From assembly GCF_001194135.2 (NCBI RefSeq), contig NC_069009.1, positions 4,744,677-4,801,469 on the forward strand: a DNA stretch of 56,793 bases, written 5' to 3'. Below, piece by piece: positions 1-11,430 of this stretch. Below the pieces are notes generated by a model. The model did no database searches. It was not told the origin of the DNA and saw only the letters and a program-made list of their open reading frames with translations. A program made the position numbers and the translations under genes. Source of the stretch: Octopus bimaculoides. Taxonomy: Eukaryota. The stretch's first letter is position 1, and each line of letters starts with the position of its first letter.

Positions 1-105
1 TATATATATATATATATATATATATGTCCTTATATATGTATATATGTGTGTGTATATATATGTGTGTCAGTATATATACATATATGTACATATATACCTA
101 TATAT

Positions 106-182
<77 letters not shown>

Positions 183-240
183 TATAGATATATATAGATA
201 TATATATGTATGTATGTACGTATACACACACAAACAGAAG
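1..240. repeat. (TA)n/(TG)n microsatellite, representative of dozens of di/tetranucleotide tracts across the window
   Basis: Pure TA run with TG/TAGA variants. The YIYI/CVCV ORFs in the track come from such tracts. Confidence 0.97.
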
Positions 241-437
241 ACATAATCGACAGGAAGAAACTGTATACATATTTAATGAAAAACAATCTACCTAGTCACA
301 TGGTAACATCTTAATTCTTTTTGCTAAATCTTTGTCTGGTGTCAATATATTTATTTTTTGTGAGTGAATTTCTATCGGTTATCTTTTTATAAGTGTTGTC
401 CAACACCAGGTCAGCTCAGCTACAGTAGATTTATGAT

Positions 438-832
438 AAAAGACACTCCAACAGTGGCCATCCTACCTGGTCCCTATGTATAGTGAGTGCAAGATCCTAT
501 TATTCAAAAGACACTCCAGCAATGGCCATCCTATGTGGTCCCTATGTACAGTGAGTGGAAGATCCTATTATTCAAAAGACACTCCAGCAATGGCCATCCT
601 ATCTGGTCCCTATGTACAATGAGAGCAAGATCCTATTATTTAAAAAACACTCCAACAGTGACCATCCTATCTGGTCCCTTTGTATAGTGAATGCAAGATC
701 CTATTATTTAAAAGACACTCTAGCAATGGCCATCCTATCTGGTCCCTATGTACAGTGAGTACAAGATCCTATTATTTAAGACACTCCAACAGAGTCCATC
801 CTATCTGGTCCCTTTCTACAGTGAGTGCAAGA
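438..832 (+). repeat. 68-bp minisatellite, about 6 copies
   Basis: Unit aaaagacactccagcaatggccatcctatctggtccctatgtacagtgagtgcaagatcctattattc restarts at 438, 506, 574, 642, 710 and ~778. Confidence 0.93.
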
Positions 833-1176
833 CCACATTATGTAATGCATTTGTCTTTAGGTCAATGGCCTAGTGGTTAAGAAGCCTGTTGCGCACACAC
901 ACACATGCATGCATACATGCAACAAATTTCAAACAGACAAATGTGACCTTTATATTGGACTACGTCAATAATCATTGAAAAGGTTGCAAGAAGAAACAAA
1001 AGAGCTTTGACCAATAAAACAAAACAAATTAGTTTGGATATTTAACCAACTGACTAATCAGTATGTGTGTTAATTATATATTGGCATAATGACTCTCCGC
1101 AGAAACAACACAAGATATCTTTTAAATTTTCTATTTTATAGCTGAATAATCTATATTTGAAAATATTTACACAGAT

Positions 1177-1321
1177 ATGGCTGTGTGGTAAGAAGTTTAC
1201 ATCCCAACCACATGGTTCTGGGTTCAACCCCATTGTATGGCACTTTGGGCAAGTGTTTTCTACTATAACATTGGGATGTTGTGAGTCAATTTAATAGACA
1301 GAAATTGAAAGAAGCTCATTG

Positions 1322-1325
<4 letters not shown>
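1177..1325 (+). mobile_element. SINE family A, degraded 5' half
   Basis: tggctgtgtggtaag...ggttcaaccc...ctttgggcaagtg matches the head of the intact A copies. Confidence 0.8.
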
Positions 1326-1386
<61 letters not shown>

Positions 1387-1397
1387 ATGTATACTCT

Positions 1398-1652
1398 CTC
1401 TTAATCTTTTACTTGTTTCAGTCATTTGACTGCGGCGATGCTGGAGCACTGCCTTTAGTCGAGCAAATCGACTCCAGGACTTATGCTTTGTAAACCTAGT
1501 ACTTATTCTATCAGTCTCTTTTGCCGAACTGCTAAGTTACAGGGACTTAAACACACCAGCATCAGTTGTCAAGTGATGTTGGGGAACAAACACAGACACA
1601 CAAACACACACATATGTTTATATACATATATACGACGGGCTTCTTTCAGTTT

Positions 1653-1655
<3 letters not shown>
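1398..1655 (-). mobile_element. SINE family A, 3' half
   Basis: Reverse complement of the A tail (ttttacttgtttcagtcatttgactg...agcaaatcgac...ccgaactgctaagttac). Confidence 0.88.
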
Positions 1656-1684
<29 letters not shown>

Positions 1685-1757
1685 NNNNNNNNNNGGAAGG
1701 GACATGAGAAAGTAAAGAGAGAGAGAATAAAAAAAGCTTTAGTGGTCAATCCTGAAA

Positions 1758-2703
1758 TAGTAGTGCCTTGATATACGAGTTAATTTGTTTCCAGAAACCA
1801 TTCCTAAAGTGAAAACTCATAAAGAAGAGCAATAATTTCCGATAGAAGCAATATTATAAATCGTAATTCATTCCCAGAAAAATATTTTACCTATAAAATT
1901 TATAATACTCAATGGCAATAAAACAACAGTAGACTGTAAAGAATGTCGAGGTCATTTATAATAATAATAATAATTTATAATAATATATAATAGGCGCAGG
2001 AGTGGCTGTGTGGTAAGTAGCTTGCTTACCAGCCACATGGTCTCGTGTTCAGTCCCACTGCGTGGCACCTTGGGCAAGTGTCTTCTACTATAGCCTCGGG
2101 CCAACAAAAGAGTGGATTTGATAGACGGAAACTGAAAGAAGCCCGTCGTATATATGTATATATATATATGTGTGTGTGTGTGTATATGTTTATGTGTCTG
2201 TGTTTGTCCCCCCAACACCGATGCCGGTGTATTTAGGTCCCCGTAACTTAGTAGTTCGGCAAAAGGCTTACAAAGAATAAGTCCTGGGGTCGATTTGATT
2301 CGACTAAAGGCGGTGCTCCAGCATGGCTGCAGTCAAATGACTGAAACAAGTAAAAGAGTAAAGAGTAATAAAAGAAATATTATTATTCTAATGGTTTTTT
2401 AAATCACTTTCACTTGCACTAGACTCACACACACCGTCACTTGTAGATGTGATTGCCAATTCACAAGTACTCATGGACAGACTTGTAGATTTCTTTTTAA
2501 AAAACAAGTCTAGAGTTGTTTGCTTAGAAGAACCTTTTTTTTTACTCTCTATAAATTTCTCAATAACACGCAGAAGCATTTGTTATGGTAGCAGAAACTT
2601 TTGTACTTTGTTCAAAATTAAGATCTTCTGCTTGAAAAATTTATCATAAAATAAAACTTGTAAACCTGAGGTCTCGGAAAGCAAGTCCTCGTAAAGTGAG
2701 GTA
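1758..2703 (-). mobile_element. Internally deleted Tigger/pogo-like DNA transposon with transposase C-terminal remnant, interrupted by a SINE
   Basis: TIR-like ends tagtagtgccttgatatacgag (1758) and ctcgtaaagtgaggta (2688-2703). Minus strand 2628-2490 reads EDLNFEQSTKVSATITNASACY*EIYRE*KK, then after a frameshift KQTTLDLFFKK. This resembles the Tigger1/TIGD1-type C-terminus. Confidence 0.75.
1993..2367 (+). mobile_element. SINE family A (tRNA-derived, about 400 bp with internal TA/TG tract; resembles the octopus OK-type SINE as I recall it), near full length
   Basis: A box tggctgtgtgg, B box gttcagtccc, body ccttgggcaagtgtcttctactatagcc, tail actgaaacaagtaaaagagtaaag. More than 20 copies in the window. 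Confidence 0.9.
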
Positions 2704-2888
2704 TCATCATCATTTATTGATACTTTATTGTATCATTTATTGTCCACTTTCTCTGCTAGCATGGGTTGGACGGTTTGACTGAGGGCTGGCAAGCCAGAAG
2801 GCTGCACCAAGCTCCGATCTGATCTGGCAAGGTTTCTACAGCCAGATGCCCTTCGTAATACCAACCACTCTGAAAGTGTAGTGGGTGT
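2704..2888 (-). mobile_element. SINE family C (RTE-like 3' tail ending in (ATG)n), partial
   Basis: ctagcatgggttggacggtttgactgag...gtttctacagccagatgccctt...accactc is homologous to 33770-33945 and 56585-56793. Confidence 0.8.
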
Positions 2889-3259
2889 ATAATTTTACTC
2901 ATTCTCGAATTTGATGGACATATAGCAGTACGTAAGCCGACTCAAGAAATCTCTAGTGAGACTTTTTATTGATGTACCTGAAGAGACCCAGAATGGGTTG
3001 AAACATGTGTTGTACCCAATAATGTCTAATACACATTCCATTTCCTATTTTATTAATACTGTTACCACTAGGTGGACATCCAATATGCTAGAAAGAGATC
3101 ATCTACAATGTTTGCTGAATTTTTTCTGGAGAACATTCTTTTCTTTGTGGTTAGATCGTAGATGATCTTTTTCTAGCATATCGGATGTCCACTTAGCGGT
3201 CATCCCTTTTTATATGCATATATATATATGTAATGCATGTGTGTGTGTATGTATCTGTG

Positions 3260-3458
3260 TGACTGAGTTTGTCCCCCCCTCCAATGATTGACAACCGATG
3301 TTGGTGTGTTTACATCTCCGTAACTTAGTGGTTTGGCTAAAGAGACTGATAAAATAAGTACTAGGCTAACAAAGAATAAGTCCTGGGGTCAATTTGTTTG
3401 ACTAAAGGCAGTGCTCCAGCATGGTTGCAGTCAAATGATTGAAACGAATCAAAGAATA
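3260..3458 (+). mobile_element. SINE family A, 3' half
   Basis: gtttgtcccccc...gacaaccgatgttggtgtgtttac...gtgctccagcatgg. Confidence 0.88.
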
Positions 3459-3460
3459 CA

Positions 3461-3815
3461 CTATGCCTGAATAAAAGATGGGATGGTCACATCTGGAGCA
3501 TCTTTGATCACAGGTCTGCTGGATCAGGATTGACCTGGGGCTAAACAACAACAACTATAGTCATTAATAGTAACTACTAGTCAATGTAGTCTTAGATACA
3601 TTGTGTCTGAATAAAAGACTGGATAGTCATGGTTGGAACCTCTGGATAAAGACCAGCCTAGGGCTAAAGAACAACTATAGCCACTAATACTAACTATTAT
3701 ATTATACTTTTGATATACGATGTCTGAATAAAAGACGGGATGGTCACATCTGGAACGTCTATGATCATAGGTCTGCTGGATCAGGACTGGCCTGGGGTTA
3801 AAGAGCAACAGCAAC
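3461..3815 (+). repeat. Three diverged tandem copies (~120-140 bp) of dispersed repeat E ending in (AAC)n
   Basis: ctgaataaaagaYgggatggtcacatctgga...tgatca.aggtctgctggatcagga.tg.cctgggg.taaa.a.caaca at ~3467, ~3607 and ~3724. Another fragment lies at 5581-5645. Confidence 0.8.
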
Positions 3816-4190
3816 CACAACAGCAACATATCCAAAGAAAACGAAGATAGCCATTTAAAGTGTTACNNNNNNNNNNNNNNNNNNNNNNNNNNNNNNNNNN
3901 NNNNNNNNNNNNNNNNNNNNNNNNNNNNNNNNNNNNNNNNNNNNNNNNNNNNNNNNNNNNNNNNNNNNNNNNNNNNNNNNNNNNNNNNNNNNNNNNNNNN
4001 NNNNNNNNNNNNNNNNNNNNNNNNNNNNNNNNNNNNNNNNNNNNNNNNNNNNNNNNNNNNNNNNNNNNNNNNNNNNNNNNNNNNNNNNNNNNNNNNNNNN
4101 NNNNNNNNNNNNNNNNNNNNNNNNNNNNNNNNNNNNNNNNNNNNNNNNNNNNNNNNNNNNNNNNNNNNNNNNNNNNNNNNNNNNNNNNNN

Positions 4191-4950
4191 TGCCAACGTC
4201 AACACTATCACCACCACCACCACCACTACCACTACCACCACTACCAAGACCACCACCACCACCACCACCGCTGCCACCACTACCACTGCCAACATCACCA
4301 TCATCATCATCATCATCATCACCATCATCAATGCCACCACTACCACAACCACCACCACCGCTGTCACCACTACCACTGCCAACATCACCATCATCATCAT
4401 TATCACCACCATCAACACCACCACCACCACCAATGCCAACATTAGCATTGTCATCACTACCATCAACACCACCACAACTATAACTTTTATTGTCATCACC
4501 ATTGCTACCACCATGATATACAACAGCAAACTCCACCATCGTACCACCACTACCACTATCACCCCTACTACCATCACCACTGCCAACAGCAAGAACACTA
4601 CCACCACCACCAATACCATCTCCACTAACAGCACTAGCATCACAACCATCACCACCACCACTATCACCTTTACCACCACTACAATCATCATCACCAGCAT
4701 ATTTATCACTACCACCGCCACCGCTGCCACCACAACCACCACTACCACCGCTGCTACCACAACCACTACTACCACCCCTACTACCATCACCACTGCCAAC
4801 AGCAAGAACACTACCACAATACTACCGTCACAACAATCGCCACCACTACCAGTGGAACCACCACCACCACCACCACCACCAATTCCATCTCCACTAACAC
4901 CACTAGCATCACCACCATCACCACTATAACATCCACCTTTACCACCACCA
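4191..4950. repeat. Degenerate (ACC/ATC/ACT)n trinucleotide tract
   Basis: Low-complexity CA-rich triplets that produce the poly-T/P/V/G ORFs. Similar tracts at 23500-24430, 28260-28470, 29840-30075 and 34460-34760. Confidence 0.92.
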
Positions 4951-5666
4951 CTAGTGTAGGGTAGTGGGATGGGGGAAGAGAGGGATGGAGGGAGGGCTGT
5001 GTTATCTCAACACAGATTGAATTCCAGCCAATTTGCAATACAATGATGTTTGTCTTGTCAGACATCTTATCAACACCTACAGATGTGGATGGCGCTGCTG
5101 CAGTTGGGGCAGCACCGAAGATGAAGAGCTGGGCTTGGCGGAGGAAACTGATTGGTTGGCGGGCCGGCTGGTGGTGGTGCTCACTGACAGACATGGAAGC
5201 GTGTGTGTGTGTGTGTGTGTGTGTGTACGTCCCATCCTTTCTTGCAGATGCATCAAGTTAGAGGAGGGGAATATTCCACCTTTCTGTTTCTCCTTCTTAC
5301 CGTTTCCTTTTCTGTTCTTCATTTCTTTCTCTATTATTCCCTTCTTTAACCCCTTTTCTTTTTGATCTCTCTCTCTTGTCTGCCACTCATTCACCTTCTA
5401 TGATTTCCTTCATTTCATTCTCTCATTCAATGCTTTCTGATTTTCCTTCTTTCTTTCTTTTTCTCTTTCATTCTTTTTTTAAAACTTCCCTTCTTCATTT
5501 TCATTGGGCTATACCACATCAACAACAACAATAACCACAAAGACAAAATATTTTACTATACATTAAATAATGTAGTCCAAGATACACTATGAATAAAAGA
5601 TGGGGTGGTTACAGCTAGAATGTCTTTGATCATAAATGTGTCCGGATCACTCCATAATTGCCCACA

Positions 5667-5960
5667 GGCATATAGCACAATGGTTAAGAGCGCAGGATAC
5701 TAACCCCAAAATTGCGAGTTCAATTCCAAGTAGTGCCTTGAATAAATAATAATAATAATGATGATGATGATGATGATAACATCAGCAAAAAATACCTTAG
5801 GAATGAGAACCCAGGGTTGGGTTCAAAATTCTACCGGGACACCTGATGAAGGCTGGAGGGTAAACCAGCTGAAACGTTGTGGTAACAACAAACAACATGA
5901 GGACAAATATCCGTCCAATGTAAATAATGTACAGAATTCCTTATCTCTAAAATACAGAAC
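5667..5960 (+). mobile_element. SINE-like family D: tRNA-derived head + (AAT/GAT)n + tail carrying a hammerhead motif
   Basis: Head ggcatatagcacaatggttaagagcgcagg...gagttcaattcc. Tail aaataccttaggaatgagaaccc...cctgatgaaggctgg...gaaacgttgtg...aatgtaaataatgtac. Homologous copies at 50118 and 54948. Confidence 0.8.
5838..5883 (+). ncRNA. Minimal type-I hammerhead ribozyme motif (family D)
   Basis: GACAC-CUGAUGA-A-GGCUGG(agggtaaa)CCAGCU-GAA-ACGU-U-GUGGU. Catalytic core intact, 6-bp stem II, palindromic ACGU stem III, GUU cleavage triplet, stem I with one mismatch. Confidence 0.65.
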
Positions 5961-7309
5961 AATACAAAAATAAGGGGTTTGCCACATATTAGGAGGTCAG
6001 GGTACTTGAATCCATGCAAAAGTCTGAGTTTTTTTCTTCGTGAAAATCATACTTCTGAAACTATGAAAATTTACTGAAATTTCTCCGTTTTGACAAGAAT
6101 TCTTCAAATTTACTTTTTAACACCTTGCACTTCAAAATGTTGACATGGAGGAAAAGTCTTTTATGGAAGGAAAAAAAAAAAACACAATTGAAAATCTATG
6201 ATTTTTTTCCCATCCCTTCCACCTTCCCTGGGACCTACACTACATTATTAGGCCAGGGTACTTGATTCCATGCAAAAAATCCAAAAAATCCGAGTTTCTT
6301 TTTATCTTAGTGAAAATCGTGCAGGTGAAAATATCAAAATTTACCAAAAATTCAACTTACGTGGGTGAGCTATTCCAAAACCCCATCTAAGAATNNNNNN
6401 NNNNNNNNNNNNNNNNNNNNNNNNNNNNNNNNNNNNNNNNNNNNNNNNNNNNNNNNNNNNNNNNNNNNNNNNNNNNNNNNNNNNNNNNNNNNNNNNNNNN
6501 NNNNNNNNNNNNNNNNNNNNNNNNNNNNATATATATATATATATATATACATATATATGTACATATACGAATTAAGAAGGTTGTTTTAATCTATGAAGAA
6601 TTAAAATGTAATTACAAATAATTGAACGACAACAGACGACACCGACAGAAAAATAATAAAACTAATTAGAACAAACAAATACTGCTTTAATTAAATTTTC
6701 GTAAACAGAACAACGTAAAACAGAAGAAAGGTGTATACATAGTCTGCTGCAAGCAACAAGGACGATTGCAAGAATTTCGCAAAAATATTGTTTATACCGT
6801 AAAAATAAAAGAATTAATTTCCATAAAATTGAATCGTTGCCAGTTATTTTGAATAGATAAATGATATTTGAATGTTCAGGCATTAATTATTTATGGGAAT
6901 TTAATGAAAAAAGTCTAGATTTGTCAGCTTACTGTAGGCAACGCTAATTGAAACAGATTCACAAGCCCACAAAATATTCGTTGGGAATCAACGACAGTTA
7001 TTTCTCCTGATTGGACATTCTAGAATATTGCAGAAATTTCTCGGTGAACCTGATTAACTCCCCCCCTTTGCTAATTTATTATGAATGACTCCGAAATAAC
7101 ATGCAAGAGGTCGCTAGTAGCATATTACCTATTTAAGCGGCATTCCCGCTTAAATCAGTCTCTCTTCTCTAACTGCTTCTCTGAGATGCGACAAGGTCCA
7201 CCGTGAGCTAGAGAGAGCCAGGCACATGAATTCGATATCTGATTTCCAACCAATAGCTCTCATCATGGCATTCTACATCTAGTGCCTGTGGAAAGTAAAT
7301 CTCATAGCT

Positions 7310-7500
7310 TAATTGATAGATAGAAACTAAAAGAAGCTTATCATATATATATATATATAGATGTATGTGTGTGTGTGTGTTTGCATGTGTGTGTGTGTGT
7401 ATGTTTGCATGTCTGTGTCTGTCCCGGGGTCAATTTGTTCAACTAAAAAGGCAGTGCTCCAGCATGACAGCAATCAAATGACTGAAAGAAAATAAAAGAA
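7310..7500 (+). mobile_element. SINE family A, degraded and internally deleted
   Basis: agaaactaaaagaagc...ggggtcaatttgttcaactaaa...gtgctccagcatg. Confidence 0.75.
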
Positions 7501-7519
7501 TAAATATATACATATATAT

Positions 7520-8620
7520 ATGGGGAGTGACCAAAAGAATATGACCGAAAATACAAGCGGCCAAAATGGAGTTCCTCTTCTGAAGGGTCACTGCATATGT
7601 TTCTGACAGGTTTCATAGCTCAGGAACCAGAGAGTCTTTCCAGGTGGACCACCATTTCAATCACAAGCATAATTAACTGAAACTACAGATATCATCCAAC
7701 CATCTCGTTCTTGGTCTACCCCAAGGTCTCTTGTCAGTTCTGGGGGGCAGAGATTTTCTTCTCTGTATTGAGAGGTCACATCTCTGGTGCTACAAACCTA
7801 TGATTAAAATGTTGCAGGAAAGAATCAGATGACAGTTTTTTCAAGCCGTACCAACTAGCAGGATTCCTCGGGGGTAGACCAAGAATGCAATGGTTGGATA
7901 ACATCCATAGATTCAGTTGGTCATGCTTGGAAATAGAGCTTCTGGTTGGACCCTATGGAAGGGGTGCCTAAGGACTCTAGCTCCACTACTGACAGGAGAC
8001 CGAGGGGTAGACAAAGAATGAGATGGTTGAATAATATCCATAGTCTTGGTTGGTCATGCTTAGAAATCCAGCTTCTGGTTGGACCCTATGGAAAAAGTGC
8101 CTAAGAACTCTAGCCCTACAACTGACAGGAAACCTAAGGATAAACAAAAATGAGATGGTTGAATGATATCCATAGTCTTGGTTGGTCATGCTTGGAAATC
8201 CAGCTGTAAAGTTTAATGATGGCCGCTTCTGATAGGAAGTTACGGAGGGGGTGCCTGAGGACTCTACCCCCTCTGACCAGCAAGAGACTTAGTGGATAGA
8301 CTAAAAATACGATGGATGGATGATATCCATAGTCTTAGCTAGTCATGCATGGGGACCCAACTGTAAAGTGTAATGACAGCTGCTTCTGATAGGAAGCTAC
8401 AGAAGAAGTACCTAAGTTCTTTAACTCCATGATTTCAGGCGACTGAGAGGTGGATCAAGAATGAGATTGCTGGAGAATATCCATAGTCTTGGTTGGTCAT
8501 GCTTGGAATCCAAATGGAAAGTCTAATGACAGTTGTTTCTAATAGGACGCTATGGACGAGGTGCTTGAAGATTCTACCATGACCATCCTCCCAGGAACAG
8601 AGATCAGAAAAGATGGATAG
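7520..8620 (+). mobile_element. RTE-clade LINE 3' region: ORF remnant, short inverted piece (7687-7752), then five tandem copies of the C-terminal/3' end
   Basis: KIQAAKMEFL*RVT..DRFHSSGTRESFQVD (7548-7655) and ..FFQAVPTSRIPRGRPRMQWLDNIHRFSWSCLEI. These match the RTE-type C-terminal motifs RIQAAEMxFLRRV and RPRGRPRxRW. Confidence 0.82.
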
Positions 8621-8639
8621 ATTCAGATTCGTCAAATAT

Positions 8640-8940
8640 TAGCATGACATCTTTCAACTTTTGCCAACACAGTGTCGCACAGGGAAATAACAAATGAAAC
8701 AATTGCATTGAGGAAAAAAAACCAAAATATTCTCATGAATACATGATAGCTTGCAGCTCCCATTCCATCCAGATTGAGAAAATGACTATTGCATTTGACA
8801 AAAATTAATTCTTCAAATTCGTTTTTCTCTGTTGGATTCCACATTTTATAACCTGCCATAACTGCAGCATTGTCACGCCATTGAAAGCGACGGTTTTCTA
8901 AAGATATTACATCTTTTACAAATTGCTCCAAAATTATGCA
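8640..8940 (-). pseudogene. hAT (Tip100/ZMYM1-like) transposase remnant, catalytic region
   Basis: ISLENRRFQWRDNAAVMAG...IFVKCNSHFLNLDGMGAAS..FF resembles the hAT motif GQxYDNAAxMxG...FVPCxxHSLNL. Confidence 0.75.
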
Positions 8941-9273
8941 CATGTTTTTATCTTTCTTCATCATCATTTTAACGTCTACCTTTCCGGATTTGCATGGGAT
9001 AGACGAGAATACATTGGAGCATTGTTTTCAATTGATGGATGTGTTTCCTGTTGCTGATCTCCACCTGTTTCGACTCTAAGAAACAATCTTGCGGTGTATC
9101 AAACAACAAACAGCCCAGTCATGCTTTCATAGTGAACTTCAAGTAAACAACACCATAAGGAAGTCATCTTATATATAAATAGCAATTTCTGTCTGTCTGT
9201 CTGACTGTTACCATCTTGCTGCCTACACCAGGGAATCAATATTCACCACACATTGTATACATGTTGAACTATA

Positions 9274-9684
9274 GGTGCAGGAGTGGCTGTGCGGTAAGTA
9301 GCTGGCTTACCAACCACATGGTTCCGGGTTCAGTCCCACATGATGGCACCTTGGGCAAGTGTCTTCTACTATAGCCTCAGGCCGACCAAAGCCTTGTGAG
9401 TGGATTTGATAGACAGAAACTGAAAGAAGCCCGTCGTATAAATGTATATATATATATATGTATGTATGTGTGTGTATATGTTTGTGTGTCTGTGTTTGTC
9501 CCCCACAACTTTGCTTGACAACTGATGCTGGTGTGTTTACGTCTCCGTAACTTAGCAGTTCGGCAAAAGAGACCGATAGAATAAGTACTAGGCTTACAAA
9601 GAATAAGTCCTGGGGTTGATTTGCTCGACTAAAGGTGGTACTCCAGAATGGCCACATTCAGATGATTGAAACAAGTAAAAGAGT
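9274..9684 (+). mobile_element. SINE family A, full length
   Basis: Complete head, body and tail. Confidence 0.92.
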
Positions 9685-9915
9685 AATACCCAGTTCAATC
9701 ATAGGCTAAAAATTGATAATGGCCCACTATGGGGGTTGGACTATTACACGATAAAATGAGAGGGGTGCAAAAGTGTTAGGTTCAAGAAAATATGGCATAA
9801 TGAGGGTGGCTGATATCAGGAAAGGAGAGGATACAGGAAGAGATAGACACACAAGGAATGTGAGAGAGAATGACAGACAGGGATGTCTTCCATATATATA
9901 TTCATTTATTTCATT

Positions 9916-10363
9916 TACTCATTTACTTGTTTTGAGTCAATTGACTGCAGTCATGCTAGAGCACCACCTTTAATCGAACAAATCGACCCCAGGACTTATT
10001 TTTTGTAAGCCTAGTACTTATTCTATCGGCCTCTTTTTGCTGAACCACTAAGTTATGAGGACGTAAACACACCAGCATCGCATGTCAAGCGATGGTGGGG
10101 GGGACAAACACAGACACACAAACATATACACACACACACACATATATATATATATCTATATATATATCTATATATATATATATATATATATACATATATA
10201 CGACGGGCTTCTTTCAGTTTCCGTCTACCAAATCCACTCACAAGGCTTTGGTCGGCCCGAGACCATAGTAGAAGACACTTGCCCAAGGTGCCATGCAGTG
10301 GGACTGAACCCGGAACCATGTGGCTGGTAAGCAAGCTACTTACCACACAGCCACTCCTGCGCC
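9916..10363 (-). mobile_element. SINE family A, full length
   Basis: Complete reverse complement ending ...cacacagccactcctgcgcc. Confidence 0.92.
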
Positions 10364-10659
10364 TGTGTATATGATACACATTACCATTTTTTTTCAATCA
10401 CAGGAATAACTTGGAGCTTGTGAAAGGAAAATTTTATATTACTCAGATTTTATAACACAAGGGTTAATTAAAAGTCTGAAAACGAGCATGGTCGTTTAGG
10501 AAAAACTTTTGAAAATGCTATGGATAGTCAAAGGATTAAGCACACAGCCATTGCTTGTACCATACTTTTGTTTTATTGGGTAAATCCAAGAACAATCCAT
10601 TTTATATATGAAGGAATTGGTTTCTCTTAGAATTGTTACCAGTAGTATTATCACAACAC

Positions 10660-11430
10660 AGAATTTCTACCGTTTGATCTTGATCTGTTTCGGCAGCAGC
10701 AGACCCAAACACGAGGCCAAAATATTTGGCCTTACCAATACCACGAAGCAATTTTTTGAAGAACACAAGAAGCCATAAGATGATGGAGACAAATATGATA
10801 TTCTTTCAGGAATCTCTTCCACATTATTGAGCGTTCTTTCGTGACAAGGATCAGAATTTACCAATAATTCCAATCTGCCTTTCAGAATTTCCAAAAGTCA
10901 TTTTCAAATTGCTTTCCTCCTACTCTTGTCTATAAGATTTCTTGTCGACGATACATTTCAAGGTTTTGAGCAGCTAAAAATTTTATGCAAACGATAATTA
11001 CATGGAGAACATTCCACCATTTATATCTGGCAATGTAATTTGAGGAGCTTGAAATTCTACAATAATGATTCTTCAATTTTCTAAAAGATTTATTTCTTTC
11101 CATTGAATTAAGAAATATCGATGGTCTTTCACCTTTTCTTCATGGATTCTAAGACTTTCTAGAACATTCCACTGATAGAAACCTATTTTCTTATCCAAAT
11201 GAAGACTGATTGGTTCTTCGTAAGAATTCCAAACAACAAAACCAAAAAGCTGTTTTCCTCTTCAGAGAATAACCATGCCGTGAGTGCCAAACTTCTCCAC
11301 AACCATTTCTTAAGGTTTTAAAAGCATTGTTCATTCCATGGTAGTGTTTTGTGTTGGAACAAAATGGCCTGTTATTATTTTGAAAATACTTACGGCACAA
11401 TATAACCATTTCTATCCTCAGGGTATCTAC
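10660..11430 (-). pseudogene. hAT (Tip100/ZMYM1-like) transposase remnant, N-terminal zinc finger to the pre-catalytic region
   Basis: Frameshifted minus-strand peptides NGCGEVW..GYSLKRKTAFWFCC, GFYQWNVLESLRIHE, WWNVLHVIIVCIKFLAAQNL, LELLVNSDP..ERISYLSP and IGKAKYFGLVF. Confidence 0.78.

Noticed and set aside
3781-4929. Long Gly-, Thr- or Pro-rich ORFs resembling mucin/extensin
   Set aside because: Open in nearly all frames because (ACC)n lacks stops; identical tracts recur elsewhere in the window.
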